Below are positions 44,341-60,890 of a DNA stretch of 64,000 nt, in pieces. The stretch covers positions 893,620 to 957,619 of the forward strand of contig BDGG01000004.1 in assembly GCA_001949185.1 (NCBI GenBank), read 5' to 3'. The stretch is from Ramazzottius varieornatus. Taxonomy: Eukaryota; Animalia; Tardigrada. Made by a program: the position numbers and the translations under genes. Position 1 is the first letter of the stretch; every line of letters starts with the position of its first letter. The notes beneath the pieces are model-generated. The model made no database searches, was not told where the DNA came from, and saw only the letters and a program-made list of their open reading frames with translations.

Positions 44341-46119
44341 CCCAGCCAGTCCACTTTACCTTCTCTCGGGTCTTCACTTTGGGTGTAGCGATAAAGTTCC
44401 ACACAACCTCAGACTTTTGCTTGTTTTTTCTTCTTTTTCTTCACACGGAACAGGAACACAGTTACAGACAACTTCATTTCACACCCAATGTACTGTAATA
44501 ACGTGTGGGCTAACATCTATTCTCTCTTACTATTCTCTCTGTTGTTGAAACATGTTTGCATTGTCATATAAGCGCGAGAAACTGGTCCCCCTTCATACGT
44601 TCAGAAATATGGAATTTGAATTATTTCTGCTGTCTTGTAAATACTCGACGGACTTGATTATTTCCACTCCACTTTCTCTTTAACCTTCGCTTAATTTCTA
44701 ACTCGACGGAGGAAAATGTTGGAGACTTGGAGAGCCTCGCGTTTTCCTTTTATTTTTAATATCCGTTAATTACCGAATAAAACTGGTTTCTACAAAGAAA
44801 GATAGTCGACCGGAAGTTCTTCGGTGTCGGCGGTGGAGGTGTGTCTAGTTCGCGTCCGTGCTCGCCTAAATTTAAAGCCAATGGAATCTTACACCGATCT
44901 GACGATTACGGTGTTTACTAGAGCGCGGTCGAGGTTGAGCTCATATGATTATTATCCGATAAAGAGGTTTGCTTCTTCCTGTCGTAGTATTAAAGTCGAT
45001 TGCCAAAACTCATCACGCCATGTGATTATCTCATCATGGAGTCACACTTTACGTACGCAGGCTGACTACCATCAGTATCGCGTAAGATTGAGCGCGATTA
45101 CCCAGATTTCGCAACAGGGAAAAAAGAGCACCAAACCTGTAAACGTGCAAAATTTCGAGTCCGGGTTCTGCGTTCAAGGACCCATGGAATTCTGCAATTA
45201 CGTAGTTGCCAAAGTGGCCAACCATGGCTGGCCGAAAGCTTGGCACAGCGATGACACGCCTTTCGATAGGCACTTTCGAAGTTAATGCGTAGTGAAACGC
45301 CGTGAAATCTTTTGAAGTTTAAAAGCGCCAGCGTTTTCAGTTTTTTGTACAAACCGACTTTAGCAGGTTAGCTTCTTTCCGTTCTTCGGATGCCAGAAGA
45401 AAGTTTTGAAAAGTTAGCTCTGCATTCGAGTTTGCAGTCTGAAACCTATCAGTGATTAATGTTACCCGAGCTTGATTACACCCTCCACCGCAGTGACCGC
45501 ACAACGCTGGAACCACATGTGACTCAGGTGAGAATATATTCCCTTCGGGTGTTTTTACAGTTGGGAAACTAGTTTGACTTTACTATCAGACTCTGTGTTT
45601 ACTCGTCCTCGTCGGAGTCTGATGCCCGAAGACCGAAGTTCATTTTGTTACAGATGCAGTATGGTTGGAATTGGAAACGATATTTCCAAAGCTGGATAAG
45701 CTGGACGGGAAATTACTGAAGAAGCGAACTATACCATTGCAATCTACTGCAGTTCGTCCCGAAATCTGCCCTTCACGAAGAGGTCGCGTAAGACATTGAC
45801 TCGCGGTTCGATCAGTGGGGTAAGTCAGTGTGTTCTTTGCACCATCCACGCGACAGCTGGCTGCTTCTGGACCTTAAAGGCTTAAATGTCATTCCCTGAC
45901 TTCGTGTCTAGGGCGGTGAATCGACGCTAACAGAACACGCTTTCCGTAATTTCCTTACATGTGGCCCGTTTACGTTGGACGAACTGTCAGATGGACTGAT
46001 CAGGGACAGCCAGCAGTTTTTCTTGCAACGTATCAACTAGAAGATTAACGCTCCGAATGTGCATTGATCGACTAACCATGACGTATCTTGCAGGTGGAAG
46101 AAAGCTGAACGTGGCCCTG

Positions 46120-49004
46120 ATGGCTCCCCGAAAGAAAGTTACATTGTCCATGTCGGGTGGTGGATTCCTGGGCATCTACCACATTGGCGTTGCTAGCTGC
46201 TTCAGAGAGATGGAGGAACACTTCGAAGTGGAGAAGATCGCGGGTGCCTCAGCTGGCGCAATTGCTGCAGCATGCTACCTGTGTCGTTGCTGTCTCGGTA
46301 AGCAGATAATCTCTATACTTACCTCCTCATCTTGCCGCCTCGTCCTCAAAATTAACTCTAAATTAAAATTCAAAGATTCTTCAACATCGAGAAGAAATTC
46401 CGGAGACAAATAACCTTTTTGGCGTTATCTAATCGCTAAAACGAAAAGTGCGCGAGTTGGCCAGGGGGATGTGCGCGATTTGGTCAGGGACATATGCACA
46501 GGCTGATCAGTACCCAGTTGGTCTTTCTCTGAGTTAATTTTGTGTGATTTTGTTATGTAGGCCAAGCAGCATCGGACGTTCTGAAGATTGCGCAAATGGG
46601 TCGGTCCTCACCGATAGGGCCTCTTTCGCCGCGGTTCCGGGTGGTTAATGCGCTGAGGAACGGCCTGGAACGGATTCTTCCAGATGACGCCCACATCATA
46701 TGCAGTGGTCGGCTGTCGGTTAGCATGACGCGTTGTATGGATGGCGGAAACAAGATTGTTTCCCACTTCGAAAGCAAAGCTGAACTGATTCAGGCTTTGA
46801 TTTGCTCTTCGTTTGTTCCATTTTACTCGGGTCTGGTTCCTCCTTACTTCCATGACGCGGTACGTGTAGAAAATCCTCGAGTATTCAGTATAGAAATTAA
46901 ATCCATATCTTTTACTTTTATCGTCCAGAGGTACTGGGACGGTGGACTGACCGACAACATGCCAGTCTTTGATCCTTTCACCATAACGATATCGCCGTTC
47001 TCGGGTGAAAGCGACATCTGTCCGTCAGACGACTTTGCGCTGTCGTTCATGGAGATGAACTTCGCCAACCAAAGCTTCAGACTAAATTCTAAGAATGCGT
47101 TCCGCCTCTCGCGAGCACTTTTCCCACCTCATCCCGATGTTCTTCGCGAAATCTGTGAGGAAGGCTACATTGACGCTCTCCGGTTTATCAAAAAGACCCG
47201 TAAGTCTCCCCTCAAGGCTTTCCATTTACTGTACACTTATCCACAGAAACGGTCTGTTATTTACTGATCCATCGTCCATGTCCATGTGGCTTTTCATAGT
47301 GTTATGTGAAATGGTGAAAGGGCCTTCACGACTGCCATTTACACCTGTGACCGAAGCGGGTACCGTGGACACAAGTCCACCGACACCGGATCAGCTACCT
47401 TCTTCCGCTTTCCCTCCAATCTCTCACTCTTCTGTAGAGACGGACGACGACACAAGGTGTGGTATCAAGAACGACGAAAAAGCCAGAACCTCAGTCGAAA
47501 CATGGGAGCCCATGGAAGGACGTTTACATCGGTCAAACAGCGTTGATCAGGTCATGCAAATCCTCAACCGATCCTCCACCACTCACAACCTTCCCACACC
47601 TGTCATGGATGGTAAGCCATTTCCCCAGTCACTCTGCTCTGCCTGAAATTTGGGCAGTGAACTAACGACGTTAATTCTTCCTATCTTTAGCACTGAAAGA
47701 AGCCTCAGAGTCCGCGCAGCATCCAATAATTCGGGCACTGTCCTTCGTGGCCATACCGTGGGTCCTTCCTCTGGAGATTGTCTACTCGACGTGCGTCCGC
47801 CTGATCGAGTTGACACCAAGGCCGGTTACGATGGATGTGCAGCATTACTTGGACATCTTCGCCAGAGTGGCCCAGAATGTGGCAGATGGTCTCATGCAAA
47901 GCCATTCACGAGATGGAGCCTGGTACAGTAGTCTATTCTCTTTATCCAGGTTCTTGTATGCAGCACAAAATTATACAAAGATGGCCCGTATTAGTGCATG
48001 AGTCTGTCGTTTTAAGCTTTTGCGGTTTCAAGTTTGGACAGATTCTCCCCGTGGCGCAGTTGTAAATTCTGGTGCATGTCACTATTTTGTTTGCATGGTA
48101 CGGTTGGTGCTCTTCCGAATAAATTTGTACAGTGGTCTTGTGGGTCACAATTTTAGTTCGGTATCTTGCTGCATGCCTGGACTGGCTGGCATTTTCTTCC
48201 CGTAAAGTGCGCGGAAAAGAAGTTCATTTGGTGCGCTAGTACTATGTATCAATATCTGCTCGCTATCCTCATCATTCAAGCCAGCGCTTTCATGAACATA
48301 CTGTAGAAAAGTGGCTGTGACTGACCGAAGGACCATTCCAATGAGCACAAACTCAGGTTTAGCAGAAATTTTGGAAGAAAACTCTCTCATGGCTTTGGAA
48401 TGTGTAACGATTCCCGTATGCAGAGCGGGAATACAATACTTTGCTAAAAACGCGTTGGTTTTGATCGTAGTTTTGCTTTTTCACAGGTTGCAACAAAAGT
48501 GCCATTGTCATCCGGAAGACCGGCAACAGTTTGTCGGGCTCAACAGTCTCGGGGAAGACAGTAACGGATGTTTGCTACATGGTAGCGCTAACATCACACC
48601 GAAGCACCAGCTGTCGTTCGCCGTTATGCTAGTGGAAGAGTCGGCGAACATGCCGGAAGTTAAGCCTTGCCAACCCGGTAGCCTCCATAAAGCGACGGAA
48701 ACGGCCATCTTAACGGCCAGTGTACGCTGCCTCGACCCTAACGACGTTAGCGGCGTTCCACTCTTCCCAACGGAACACGATGCGCTCGACATGAGCGCAC
48801 TCCAAGTCAGCGCCGAATGCAATGACATTATCCAACAGTTTGAAACGGAAATTGCCGATTATTTCAAAGTATAATTTCCCTTTTTCTGATCTTGTTACTA
48901 GTTGGAAAGTGAAATAAATACGCGGACTGATCTTACTTTCCTGCTTGTAGGCAAAGTTGGAATACGAAGCAACTGAGCCCAAGTTCAACTGTGAAGGTTC
49001 TTGA
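46120..49004 (+). CDS. PNPLA2: Patatin-domain triglyceride lipase (ATGL/brummer family), multi-exon
   Basis: SMSGGGFLGIYHIGVA (Gly-rich loop), GASAG nucleophile elbow, SGRLSVSMTR, LIQALICSSFVPFYSG, YWDGGLTDNMP, TITISPFSGESDICP, ALFPP, GYIDALRF; long C-terminal tail ending FNCEGS*. Confidence 0.9.
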
Positions 49005-52000
49005 AGATCAACGGGTGCGGAAGAAGAAAGGAGGCTCTAGTGGAGCCGTTTTAGCTTTGAACTTTATTTGTTCTGAAATCTGTCGGTTTTTCTTGTTTCG
49101 GTATAGTGTAAATACGAATACGGGCGTTTTATTTGTGGTGATAACTTCGGTTTTTGATTCTGGTCAGATTATAGGTCTCACATCTTCCTGATCTTTTCTC
49201 TGCAGCTCCCAGTTGTCCCTCGGTTTTCTAGAGTGTTGGCACGTGGGATAATTTTATCGTCTCAGATATTTTAGGTAAAAAAGTCAAATCCGACTAAGTG
49301 CCGCCGTCTTGCCGTCTGGTCCACGAACGAACTTCTGTCTTCAGTATCAGGCCTTTACCTATGAAATTTCGGTTTTTTGTGCCCTAGTTTAGAAATTCAT
49401 ATCACGGAAACACTTCCACCTCTCCTATTGTAATTTGGCGCAAATAATATCTCAAATCTCTTTTCTCAAATAGGTAGTAAACTGCCCATGACACGTATTT
49501 CCAGCATTTCTTAAAAATATAACTTATCAACTTATTAAAGTTTGAAAATATCGCAAAACTTACTGTATTGACCACTGCTCATCGCCTGATTGGCTTAAAA
49601 GTTCAAGCTGTAAGAGAAACAATAGCAAGATGAATATGATTTCGAAAGCACGAAAAGTTTTTGGTCGAAATGTTTTCTTCCAGAAAATCAGCCGCTTGCA
49701 AGTTTACCCCCAGAAAAGCAAGAGATCTCAAAGATACCGAGTGTCGCTCAAGGCTCCTCGGCGAATAACTATTTCCAAACTTGGAATGGTGATAGAAGAC
49801 ACATCAGCTGCGTCCCCCAGCACAACATATAAAGGAACGGTTAATGCTGTGAGACAGGAAAATTCGGAAGCGAATACCTCCCTAAACTTGCTCACCTGAG
49901 ATAACTCTGATCACCACCCGGTATTTCAGGAAAGCTTTTTCCAAAATTCTGCAGGCCGAATTCCAAGCTCAGTTTCCTTTACTACGTAGCACGAGTGTAG
50001 TACTAGAGGACGGGACACTTTTTGGATCAGGCCGCCACTGTCGAAAGAGAAAGATTTCCGAATGAGATTCAGTTTCGAGTTTCTTCCTTCCTTCCACAAT
50101 TTTACTTATTTCCTAGGACGTTCACTGCGGCTAGCTTTCTTTTTCAGAAAATTGACGAAAGACTTCTGGTGACATGCAATCTAAGTTAGACTTTGAGAGT
50201 CGTCATACAAAGTCGCAAAGAGGTTTCAAAGATGATCCAAGAGGTTTCAAAGTCGAGAACCGAAATTTCGTATGATAATCCGAAATAACCTGATGATTCG
50301 ATTGTGACATTGAAATCGGTCGTTTCCGCCAGTGTTGGTCTTCCTTCGCTACCTCAAGTCACGTTTGTCATCACGCTCATCCTCTTTTCCCGGTCCCATA
50401 TAGCGGTAGGCGCAAGACGGTGAACCTGGTTGGAGAACTCTTCAAGAACCCTTGCATCACACCGTGCACGCGTTCATGCATTGTCTTGAGTTCGACGGCG
50501 GACAACAGGCGTAGTTACTCGAAGTGCCCTCCTGCGTTCAAGATATTTTTGAATTTGACTAGCTACGCAGGAAACTTGTAAGCAGACGAGGAAGCACTAC
50601 ACGCGGCTTTCACGCGTTATCTTAAAGCAACATATTAATGCACCTTCGCGGAATGTGCCAGTGCCAACAAGTCTCTGGTCGAAGCTAAAAATAGCCACCA
50701 GGAATGTTTTCGAATAACTTATACCTTTGTTTCGACAAGATCGATGCGTTAATGATTCACAAGAGCGTGTGTTGCCTTTGTTCATGAATTGTCAGTCGGG
50801 AGCCCCGCTCGACGCTCGGGCGCCAAGTCTCGCACGTCGGAGGTCCTCGGAGAAATTTTAATAAACAAATGTCCGCGTTGCTTCGACCGTCGTGAATTTG
50901 CGTATGGCGGTTCTCTTTACGCTCGTTTAAAATGTCAGCACGATGAGATATGCGTGCTCACGAAAGTTCGACGTATGAGCAACGCCTTTGGCCATCAAAA
51001 CTGATCATACCATTAGATAGCTCGGCCTCGCTGGAGCACGGCAAGGCCGACACAGGAAAGACCGTGCCGGAGAGAGAATCTGCGGGATATTTAAAGGAGC
51101 AAAATCAGCGATTGGAATTTTTTTATCGATATGCAAGCTGACAAACTCACGTTACAAGCAATGGAAGGAAGATAGCGGGTCCTCGGTTGGCCTGTACAAG
51201 CGACCGTAAGTCTTTTTACAGCTAGACCAGAGCCTTCACCGTGAAGACGTGAATGCCGTCTCACTCGAAGGAGCATTTAAGTTATCAACTCACTCTTCGA
51301 TCGTTTTCCTTCATCTAGCCTTCCAGCTCAGCTTGGTCTGATCGACCTATTCTGGAGTCATTTCCGGTGGCTGAGCGCTGTGCACTTTCTATAATATTAG
51401 AGACCAAGTTACAAAACTGAATTACCTCCCTTGTATAGGCAGTATGTCATATGATATATGTGTTGACTTACATGCGTGACGTGCTCGGCTGAAACGGTGG
51501 ATTATCTCCTTCATAGTCGCAGGATTTTATTGATTCCCTAGCTTCCAAGGAAGACCCGAGCGCAGGAAGGAACGGAGGAAAGCCCTGCACGTCTGTATGT
51601 ATGGAAGATCCTTCTTGCCAGCGCCAGTTCACTACAAAGTAGGCACTGTGTGTTTTTTCCCATCTCGCATCTGCCTTGCTGGGGAGGCTGCCTTTGCTTC
51701 TGCTCCTCGCCTGTTCCTGTCGTGCCGCTGCATCAAGCATCAACGATTTCCCAGACTGCAATTGCTACACACATCTACCACAATCATCAGCTTGAAACAC
51801 AACCTTCCACCAGAAGGGGAACAGCAATCGAGCTTGCTTCTTTGCCTTGACTTTCAACGGGATACAGATCTTTCCCATCGTTTGGCATAACTGCTCCTCT
51901 TGTTGCTCCATCCACATCCTGCTGCCTTCTGTCCACAGCTCAAGAAATTTGTGCAGCCGCCTGAAATTGTATCCATCACTGAATCGAATGGAATTTGATC

Positions 52001-52393
52001 CCTCTGGCTAATCTGCAAGACAAAACAGATGTAGCTGTTGATTGAATTTGTTGATTACCCTTACCTTACTACCCTTGCTTACGGAGTGCATTGATTGGTT
52101 GATCGGCCACGGCTAAAGTCCGACTGTCTCGTCGTTACAAAAGAGGATCCTATTGTTCGACTGTTGATCCGGAAGATTTGAAAATGAAAGTAAGGAGAAA
52201 TTGTGGGCGGTTGCTTTCGTCTGCTGGTTTGTTGAGAGAACATGGGATGGGATAATCTCAAGGAAGGAGATCGTCTGACTTCAAGGAATTCAAATTCCGC
52301 CCTGTAATCTTGACCCGCACTGTTTCTTTTGTTGGACTTGTCTTGATTGTTTGCGGAATACTACGTACCACTGGTCAAGCCCGCGCGATCTCA

Positions 52394-55300
52394 ATGGGGA
52401 AACGGAATAGCAAACTCAAAGCTGACAGTATTCAGGAGCTGGCGGACAAAACCCACTGTAATTGATGAACCTCTTCTTTATCCTCCCTAAGTCGGTCACG
52501 GAAGCGGAAGTTAATCGTTGTTTTCTTTGCAGTTACGGAGAAGGAACTAAGGCAATGGTAAGAGGAAGAATTGGGGTTGGTAAAGTTTATTTACGGCTAA
52601 TTGGGATTGGGTGTTGCGTGGGTGGGGCTGTTGAGTGATTGGTCGATATCAGGTAAAGTATTTTTTAACGTGAGCGGCATGCGCTACTATTTATCTTCAG
52701 GCCATGGTGATGGTGGTTCCTCATCATTAGTCCTGGACGGTTGCACCACATCCTCATTGGATAATGTGCCACCAGGGAGAAACTAACATGCTCATCCTCT
52801 GCGTGCAGATTGCACGGAAAGAAACAAACAGAATTCAAAGATGGAGGTTGAGAGTGGAAAACAACAACTAGAATTCACAATAATTTTCGTTTCTTTTGTT
52901 GCACAGTGAAGAAATAGGAGATGGGATGAATAAACCATCCAAAGATAGAAGAAATGAGCAGGATCGATAAGGAATATTTAGAAACGTAAAGAGTGGGTTG
53001 GAAAAAGAGTAGAAAGGGAAGAGGAAGTGACAGTTGAAAGTGGAGAGCGACGCGCAACGGTACCAACAGTGTGCTAGAGGTGTTTTGTCACTAAGCTCCA
53101 ATCAGTACTGATCGAACTACCTTGGGTGTCGCACGACCCATGTTGCCGAGTTAGCCTAGAAAGAGGCCCTTCCGGGTTGTCCAGTTTACACAAAGTGAAA
53201 ACTTTTATCGGGTATAGTTTTCGATACTTTCTGCTTTCTCCAGCCCGGATTTACTGAATGAATGGAGCGCAGGTGATGCCGAGGTGGGGCTTGTTTCGGA
53301 GTAAGGCCGAGTTTCGAGGTGTGAGCTCCGACAGAGTGATGACAGGTAGACATTCTCGAGTGTTTTACAGGATATTGTTAAATCACAGGAAGCAAATATA
53401 ACCACCACGGCGTGCGTGATGAAGCAAGCGAGAGCGAGAGCCACACGGCAACCCAGCCCTTAAAAATACCTGCTGCCTCGTCACTCTTCATTTCATGATG
53501 ATCAAAGTATTTTATGGCGCAATGATTAGTTGATTCTTCTCCATCAACTGTCGTGAAAACGACCGCGTGGTAATTTATTACCTGTCATGAAACAAGGAAG
53601 AATTATTGACGGTACTGTTGGAGCTTAGAATGACCACATTGAGCGAAAGCTGGACAACAGTATTACAATGTACTGCAAACTGGTAATTTGAGCCTCTTGT
53701 CAGTCGGGAAGAAAACTGAAGGGAATTATCATTGAAATCGGTACACGTGTAGTGCTACAGCATTAAGCTGGTTAGGTCTACGAAATTTTAGTACGGTGGC
53801 ACAACAAAGATGGTTTTGAAGGCATTATGCAATTCTTAGGTTCCTCAGACTATGATAAGCAAGACTATGATGCTCGCGGGTCCCGTGCGCGACTGCGTCG
53901 TCGGGCTTGCTTCGGGTTTCGTGGACTGTTCGGTACAGTAACAAAGCAAATAAATGTCGTACGTTGGCACGTTTGTTTTCGGGGACTTGAACAAATATTA
54001 CGCGACCAGATTGCCTTCGATTCTTCAAAAGGCCTAACCAAGAGCCAATACTGCTCCAATCCTCCCCCGCCCTTCGCGCAACTTACCATCTAAGATTCGA
54101 TTTGAGTTACTAATCATATTCATTTTTCTTATTTTACAGGCACAAATGCTTCATAAAAGACTGTCCAGAAGGAGCCTTATCCAGAGAAGTAAGTTCTCCA
54201 CCCCAATCTTCCACAACCCAAAAAGGGTTGCGTAGTCGATTATGGGGGGAAAATCCAGTTCAGATATTAGAAATCTGACAAAATTCATGCAGCTTAATTT
54301 GGACTAATTATTTTTTCCGGCGAAAGATGCCTGGATAGACCTGGTGTCGGAAATGACGAGAAACTAAGAGGCCCGGGTAGTAGGCAAGAATTACGAGGTG
54401 CCGGAAGGATAGATGTGCTGGATCAGCCCGGTTATTGCATGTTTCTGTTGCAAGCCTGAGGAAGGAATTTAAGATAGCTGGGAAGTGGCAGACGATGCGA
54501 AGGTGGAGTGCGAGTGTTTACCATCAGGAGCGCGGTGGCTGTCAGACAAATTCTCCACTTCCCGAACTGTCTCGTATTTGGCCTGACCTGAATTATATGG
54601 TTCCAAAGCTTGGCTTTGGAACCAGTCAATTCGGTTGGCCGATGATTAATGGCTTATTAAGTTGGATGTCAAGCTGACAACTTTACTTCACCAACAACAC
54701 CCAGTTCATATACCATCCGAAACTTTGGCGGGAGAGAATGCACAGTTGACCCGGGAGCTTACTCCACCGTGTTCAGGGTAATATGATCGCTGACCTTTTG
54801 CCGTCCTCCACAGGCGAAGAAACGCTTCCGTGCAATTCCTGACTGGAAACGGTCTCGCACTGACATTTTGATTGACAAGCTGGCAATCACTGCAAAGAAT
54901 AAGGGGCAAATATGTTCTAATGTCGATGGGGAATACTCCGGGACTCTATGGGTTGTGAATTAGCTGGCATTAGGTTGTGCAAGTGTGTGGCAGACAGGGG
55001 TTGTTAGACGATGTCAGTTTGCTGCCTTACAAGTTTGGGCAGTTAGTAGGTAATTTGTGGTGACGGCTTGCCGTCTAGAGAGTGATGAAAGTCGTGGAGG
55101 GCCAAGGCAGATCATGGTAGGGAGCTCGAGTCGATCTTTTAATGCCAGTTCCCCGCGGTTCCTGCTCGTCTACAACTGTACATCGAGGGTTGGCATTGCC
55201 ATGTTAACAAGAAGCTTACAAGCGGATTTAGTTTGGCTAATGTGCGGTGTTAGAGGGGAACAAGCGAGCGAGCGAGACGACGTCATGAAATCATGGTGGC

Positions 55301-57604
55301 AAATATAACATTTAGCGGAGGAGATGTAAAAAGGCCAAAGTGTCTGACGTCGGTGTTAACACCACCAGCTGCTCTGTCGAACTTCCATTCAAAACATGTG
55401 GCATTAATGGGCTGGTAAAGATCAGCAAGAGCAAGTTAAAATCGGTCCACTGACATTCTCGCAGAACCCTGTTAGAAAAGTGACGCAGTTCTAAAGCATC
55501 CTATCAGCCTACACCGCTCGAATGAAACCGGGAGGCATGGTAAAAAAGTTATCGAAATCGGAAAGGGAAATACTTCCAACGAAAAGCTTAGAGCTTGATG
55601 AACTTTAACTTACTATATTCTGACAGAAAACTAATCTACAGGGTTTCCTTTGACAGGCATTTCTCCGGATCTACGCCGAATTCTTCCCTAACGGCGGCGA
55701 CCCAACGAAATTTGGGAATTTCCTTTTCAAAGTCTTTGACCAAAACAAGGTGGGATGTTGCCCTATACATATCAAGCAGTGACTGGCAATCCATGGAATA
55801 ACTGTACTGAAGTTTCTGTGCTATTTTAGGATGGGATGATACAGTTTCATGAGTTTATCCACGCGCTTTCCATAACTTCCAGAGGAAATCTGGATGAGAA
55901 ACTAAATTGTATGGGTCCTCTTGTCTTTCTCCGTTGGCGCTAGCCACTTTAGCTCCTCGAGTGGGTGCAATAAGTGTCTGAGACGAGTGTTTTTCTCTTC
56001 TTTAAAGGGGCCTTTCGATTATACGACATCGACGATGACGGATACATAACGCGCGCCGAGATGTTGCACATTATCGCGGCGATATACGGCATGGTCGGCA
56101 AAACAGAGGATTCTGAAGGCCGGTCGCCCGAACTACGCGTTGAACGCATCTTTCAGATGATGGATAAGGTAGGAAGACACTTTGACCGGTTAAACGCACT
56201 CTCAAAGTTGTCTCGAAAGCTCCGAAACAGCGTTCCTCTATCAAGTGAAGCAGTTTGATGCTATGTGACCTGGTGCACTGCGCCACTTCAGCACCATCTG
56301 ACTCAAGTGGCGCGGCTGAGTGGTGCCGAAGCTAGTATTGCTAGGTACTGCGCTACACGAAAATCCGCTCCCTAGTTAAGGTGATAAACGGTGAGATACA
56401 ACCATAGTTCTGATCAAATGTTATAACTTCAAGTTCCTATGACGCACTGCGCGAGTTAGGCCAGAGAGCATAAGTGATACGTCAGCGAGCGGCGAATATC
56501 GAACCGTGATGACGTATTCGCAGCGGAATGGCAAGTTCCTCTATAAGCCGCACGTAGGCTGAAGCGTCAAATATTTGTCCCTCTTGTTTCAGTTTCAAGG
56601 GAGTGGCGAAGAAAAATGCGGACGCTGTTCGTTATATCTGCTGGAAAGACAAACAAAAGAGGAAATTTGGGCGACCCTGGAGCCCAGTCCATTCAAGGCT
56701 AGGGTTTCCAGCGAGTTAGTGTGGGCAGAAGTAACATCTAGGAGATGAATAGGCAGAATTACAGTGGGCCGGAGTTGTAGGTTGGCTTGGGAGTGAAGGG
56801 AGAAAGGAAGAGGGCCGCTTCCTGTGTAATCAACGGCGGCAATCGATGTGTGTCCTTGTTTAAAGAGCAGGGTAAAAATAACTTGTAATATGCGGCTTGT
56901 GTTGTTGACTGTACAAACGATGGTGGCTGGCAAGGCAAAGTTAGAGCGGCCTTGCCGGTGCCACGAGGGAGCGACGTGGCACTGTGCACTCTGATTTCCT
57001 GCAGACAAACGACCGCAGCATTGCCGAGTACTTTTTGAATGCAGGAAGTCGCGGCAAAAGATCCCCAGCTCCACCAAGATCGATAATGCTTTTGCTTGCC
57101 TTACAATCACATTGCATGCGATAATACAAAAATATTCCCCTCTTAGAGAGAAGAGCAGGAGGAGGAATCGAAAGGTGCGAGTCAAAGGTTTTTCGACGAA
57201 TGCAGAAATACATGATCAATGTTTTGATGGCGTAACATTTTGACATGGCGACATCGATCACTACACGATCGAAAACACTTGCAATATTGTAGTGATGTTT
57301 TTGCCTCACTTAACTTGCGCACCGTTGCAGTACTTCGCCGTTAAAAATGCGCCAGCTGGGAAGTTAAGGTGATAGCTCGATTAAGTTGCGCAGTTGTAAT
57401 GTTGGTCGCAGGGTGGAAATGCGTCACTTGATCGAGGAACGGGTTGAACACACATGAAGCTCTGTGTTGACATGGCGTAATGGGTGTTATGTTTCACTTT
57501 TGCAGAATCATGATGATAAATTAAGCATGGATGAATTTCGAGAAGGGACGAAATCGGATCCGGCCATACTACAAGCCTTGTCCTTTTACGATGGCATCGT
57601 CTGA
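52394..57604 (+). CDS. NCS1: Frequenin/neuronal calcium sensor-1 family myristoylated EF-hand protein (7 exons)
   Basis: Exons 52394-52457 (MGKRNSKL...), 52533-52557 (FTEKELRQW), 54140-54188 ([11 protein letters not shown]), 55657-55749 ([11 protein letters not shown]...VFDQNK), 55830-55908 ([25 protein letters not shown]), 56008-56168 ([19 protein letters not shown]), 57506-57604 ([11 protein letters not shown]...[10 protein letters not shown]). Confidence 0.9.
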
Positions 57605-58392
57605 CATGAGGCCTAGCCGCTAAAAGGATAGACTAGAACTCTGACTGGGTTCTAGGACTAATTCCTCTGACGTCAGTGACGTTTCCGATTTCCTTCTCCG
57701 CGGTGTCGGTCTATTCCTGAAGGAGGAGTAGGAAACCCGACTGGACACGACACAGCTGGATAAAAGAAGAGAATATGTTTTCTTGATGGATACTTTCCCC
57801 TTCTTTACTTCTCTCTCTCTCTCTCTTCTAAACGGCCTTCCTCTTTGATGGGAAGCTAGCTTCTCGCCAGCGGGACTAGTGGTCGTTCTGTGATTTTCTT
57901 TCCTTTAAAGAAAGAACAGCATTTGCGCACCCTGGATAAGAGTAGCGGCAACCCTGCTGTTCGGTTGATGTTTTACTGATTTCAATATTTTAAGAAGAAC
58001 AAAATAATGGTGGATAGTGACGATGAGAAGAATGTTTAATGCGAAAGGGGCAAAACATGGGTTCGAGCCTTTCTTCTGCCTGATTGACTCTCCTCTCCTT
58101 CTTTTGTTTTGTCGTCTCTCTTGAGTTTTGACTGGGGTCTTCCCTTTCCTGTAATTAGTGCGGATGACCTCATTTTGTTGTTGCTTTCCTTCCCTACAAG
58201 ATCCATGATGCTTCACTGGTTAAATATAGCTTGAGGACTTATTAAACATAAATCGAAGAAACCACTTCCCGCAGTATCTTCCAGGTTTCACTAAGATATT
58301 GTAGCTCATTCTTTTCAGTGTTGCGAAGCCCATTACACATACGGAATACAGTTGGTCACATCCATAGGACTTTCCTTCTTTCAAAATTCATG

Positions 58393-60113
<1,721 letters not shown>

Positions 60114-60551
60114 TCTGGCATTATGACGCCAAAATGTTACCCGGCTGGTTCGGTCACCAAGAAATCTTGGTCTGTCTGTCGTCCGGTCGTGGTTTTTTAA
60201 AAAACAATCTTGTGATGTTACTTTCCCCAAGACAACATGCGGGATGGAACGTGGTTCTGGCAGAGAATATCAGACTTTGTCATGCACCAAAGTAACAACT
60301 CGGTTCACCGAAAAGTGACCGTCGGTTTCGAGTAACCTTAAACCTTTAACTCGTTCTGCTGAGAACTACTGTAGAAGAAGTTAAATTGAGCAAGAGAAGG
60401 ACAAAACTTAGATAAAACAATATTTTAGTGGTGCCATCTTCAGCAACAGATCACGTAAGAGGGCTTCATTCTGACCTGACGAATGTTACGGCACGTGGAC
60501 CATCACACCAAAACCGACGTTGAGAAGACACGTGACCGACATCTTTCATGT

Positions 60552-60571
60552 GGAACATTCGAGAAAGTTCT
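60552..60571. promoter_or_regulatory. Perfect four-unit heat-shock element
   Basis: gGAAcaTTCgaGAAagTTCt = nGAAnnTTCnnGAAnnTTCn, about 150 bp upstream of the sHSP TATA box. Confidence 0.85.
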
Positions 60572-60718
60572 CCTGCAGGGCCGACATTGCTGGTAGGTTC
60601 TCGTCCTACTAAGGCTTTCGGATAATGGTTGTCTTTCCCCGAACCCTTCTCTCTTGCGCCTACTACAGCAAACCGCAATAACGTCAGGCCACTTTCGTCA
60701 GCCACTCGTTTCCTACAG

Positions 60719-60726
60719 TATATAAA
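60719..60726 (+). promoter_or_regulatory. TATA box of the small HSP gene
   Basis: TATATAAA about 170 bp upstream of the sHSP ATG, with TCACTT Inr-like elements about 30-40 nt downstream. Confidence 0.7.
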
Positions 60727-60890
60727 CACCGCAAATGTTCCAGCTGCTACCCTCACTTTACTCACTTCACATTTGCCGAAGACTGCATTTTCTCTCTGCG
60801 CTTCAAAGTACAGTATCAAACTCCTGTTTTCCTCGGTCGAATATCTTTCAAAGTATTTCTCGGAGTCAAACTACCATCCAAAGCCTCAAC

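Noticed and set aside
56593-56748. Possible alternative last exon of NCS-1 after TTGTTTCAG
   Set aside because: The in-frame translation ([12 protein letters not shown]...) has no EF-hand similarity and nothing else supports it.
56595-57309. 196-aa and 122-aa antisense ORFs in the last NCS-1 intron as a nested gene
   Set aside because: No recognisable domain, unnatural composition and no supporting splice or promoter signals; probably chance ORFs.
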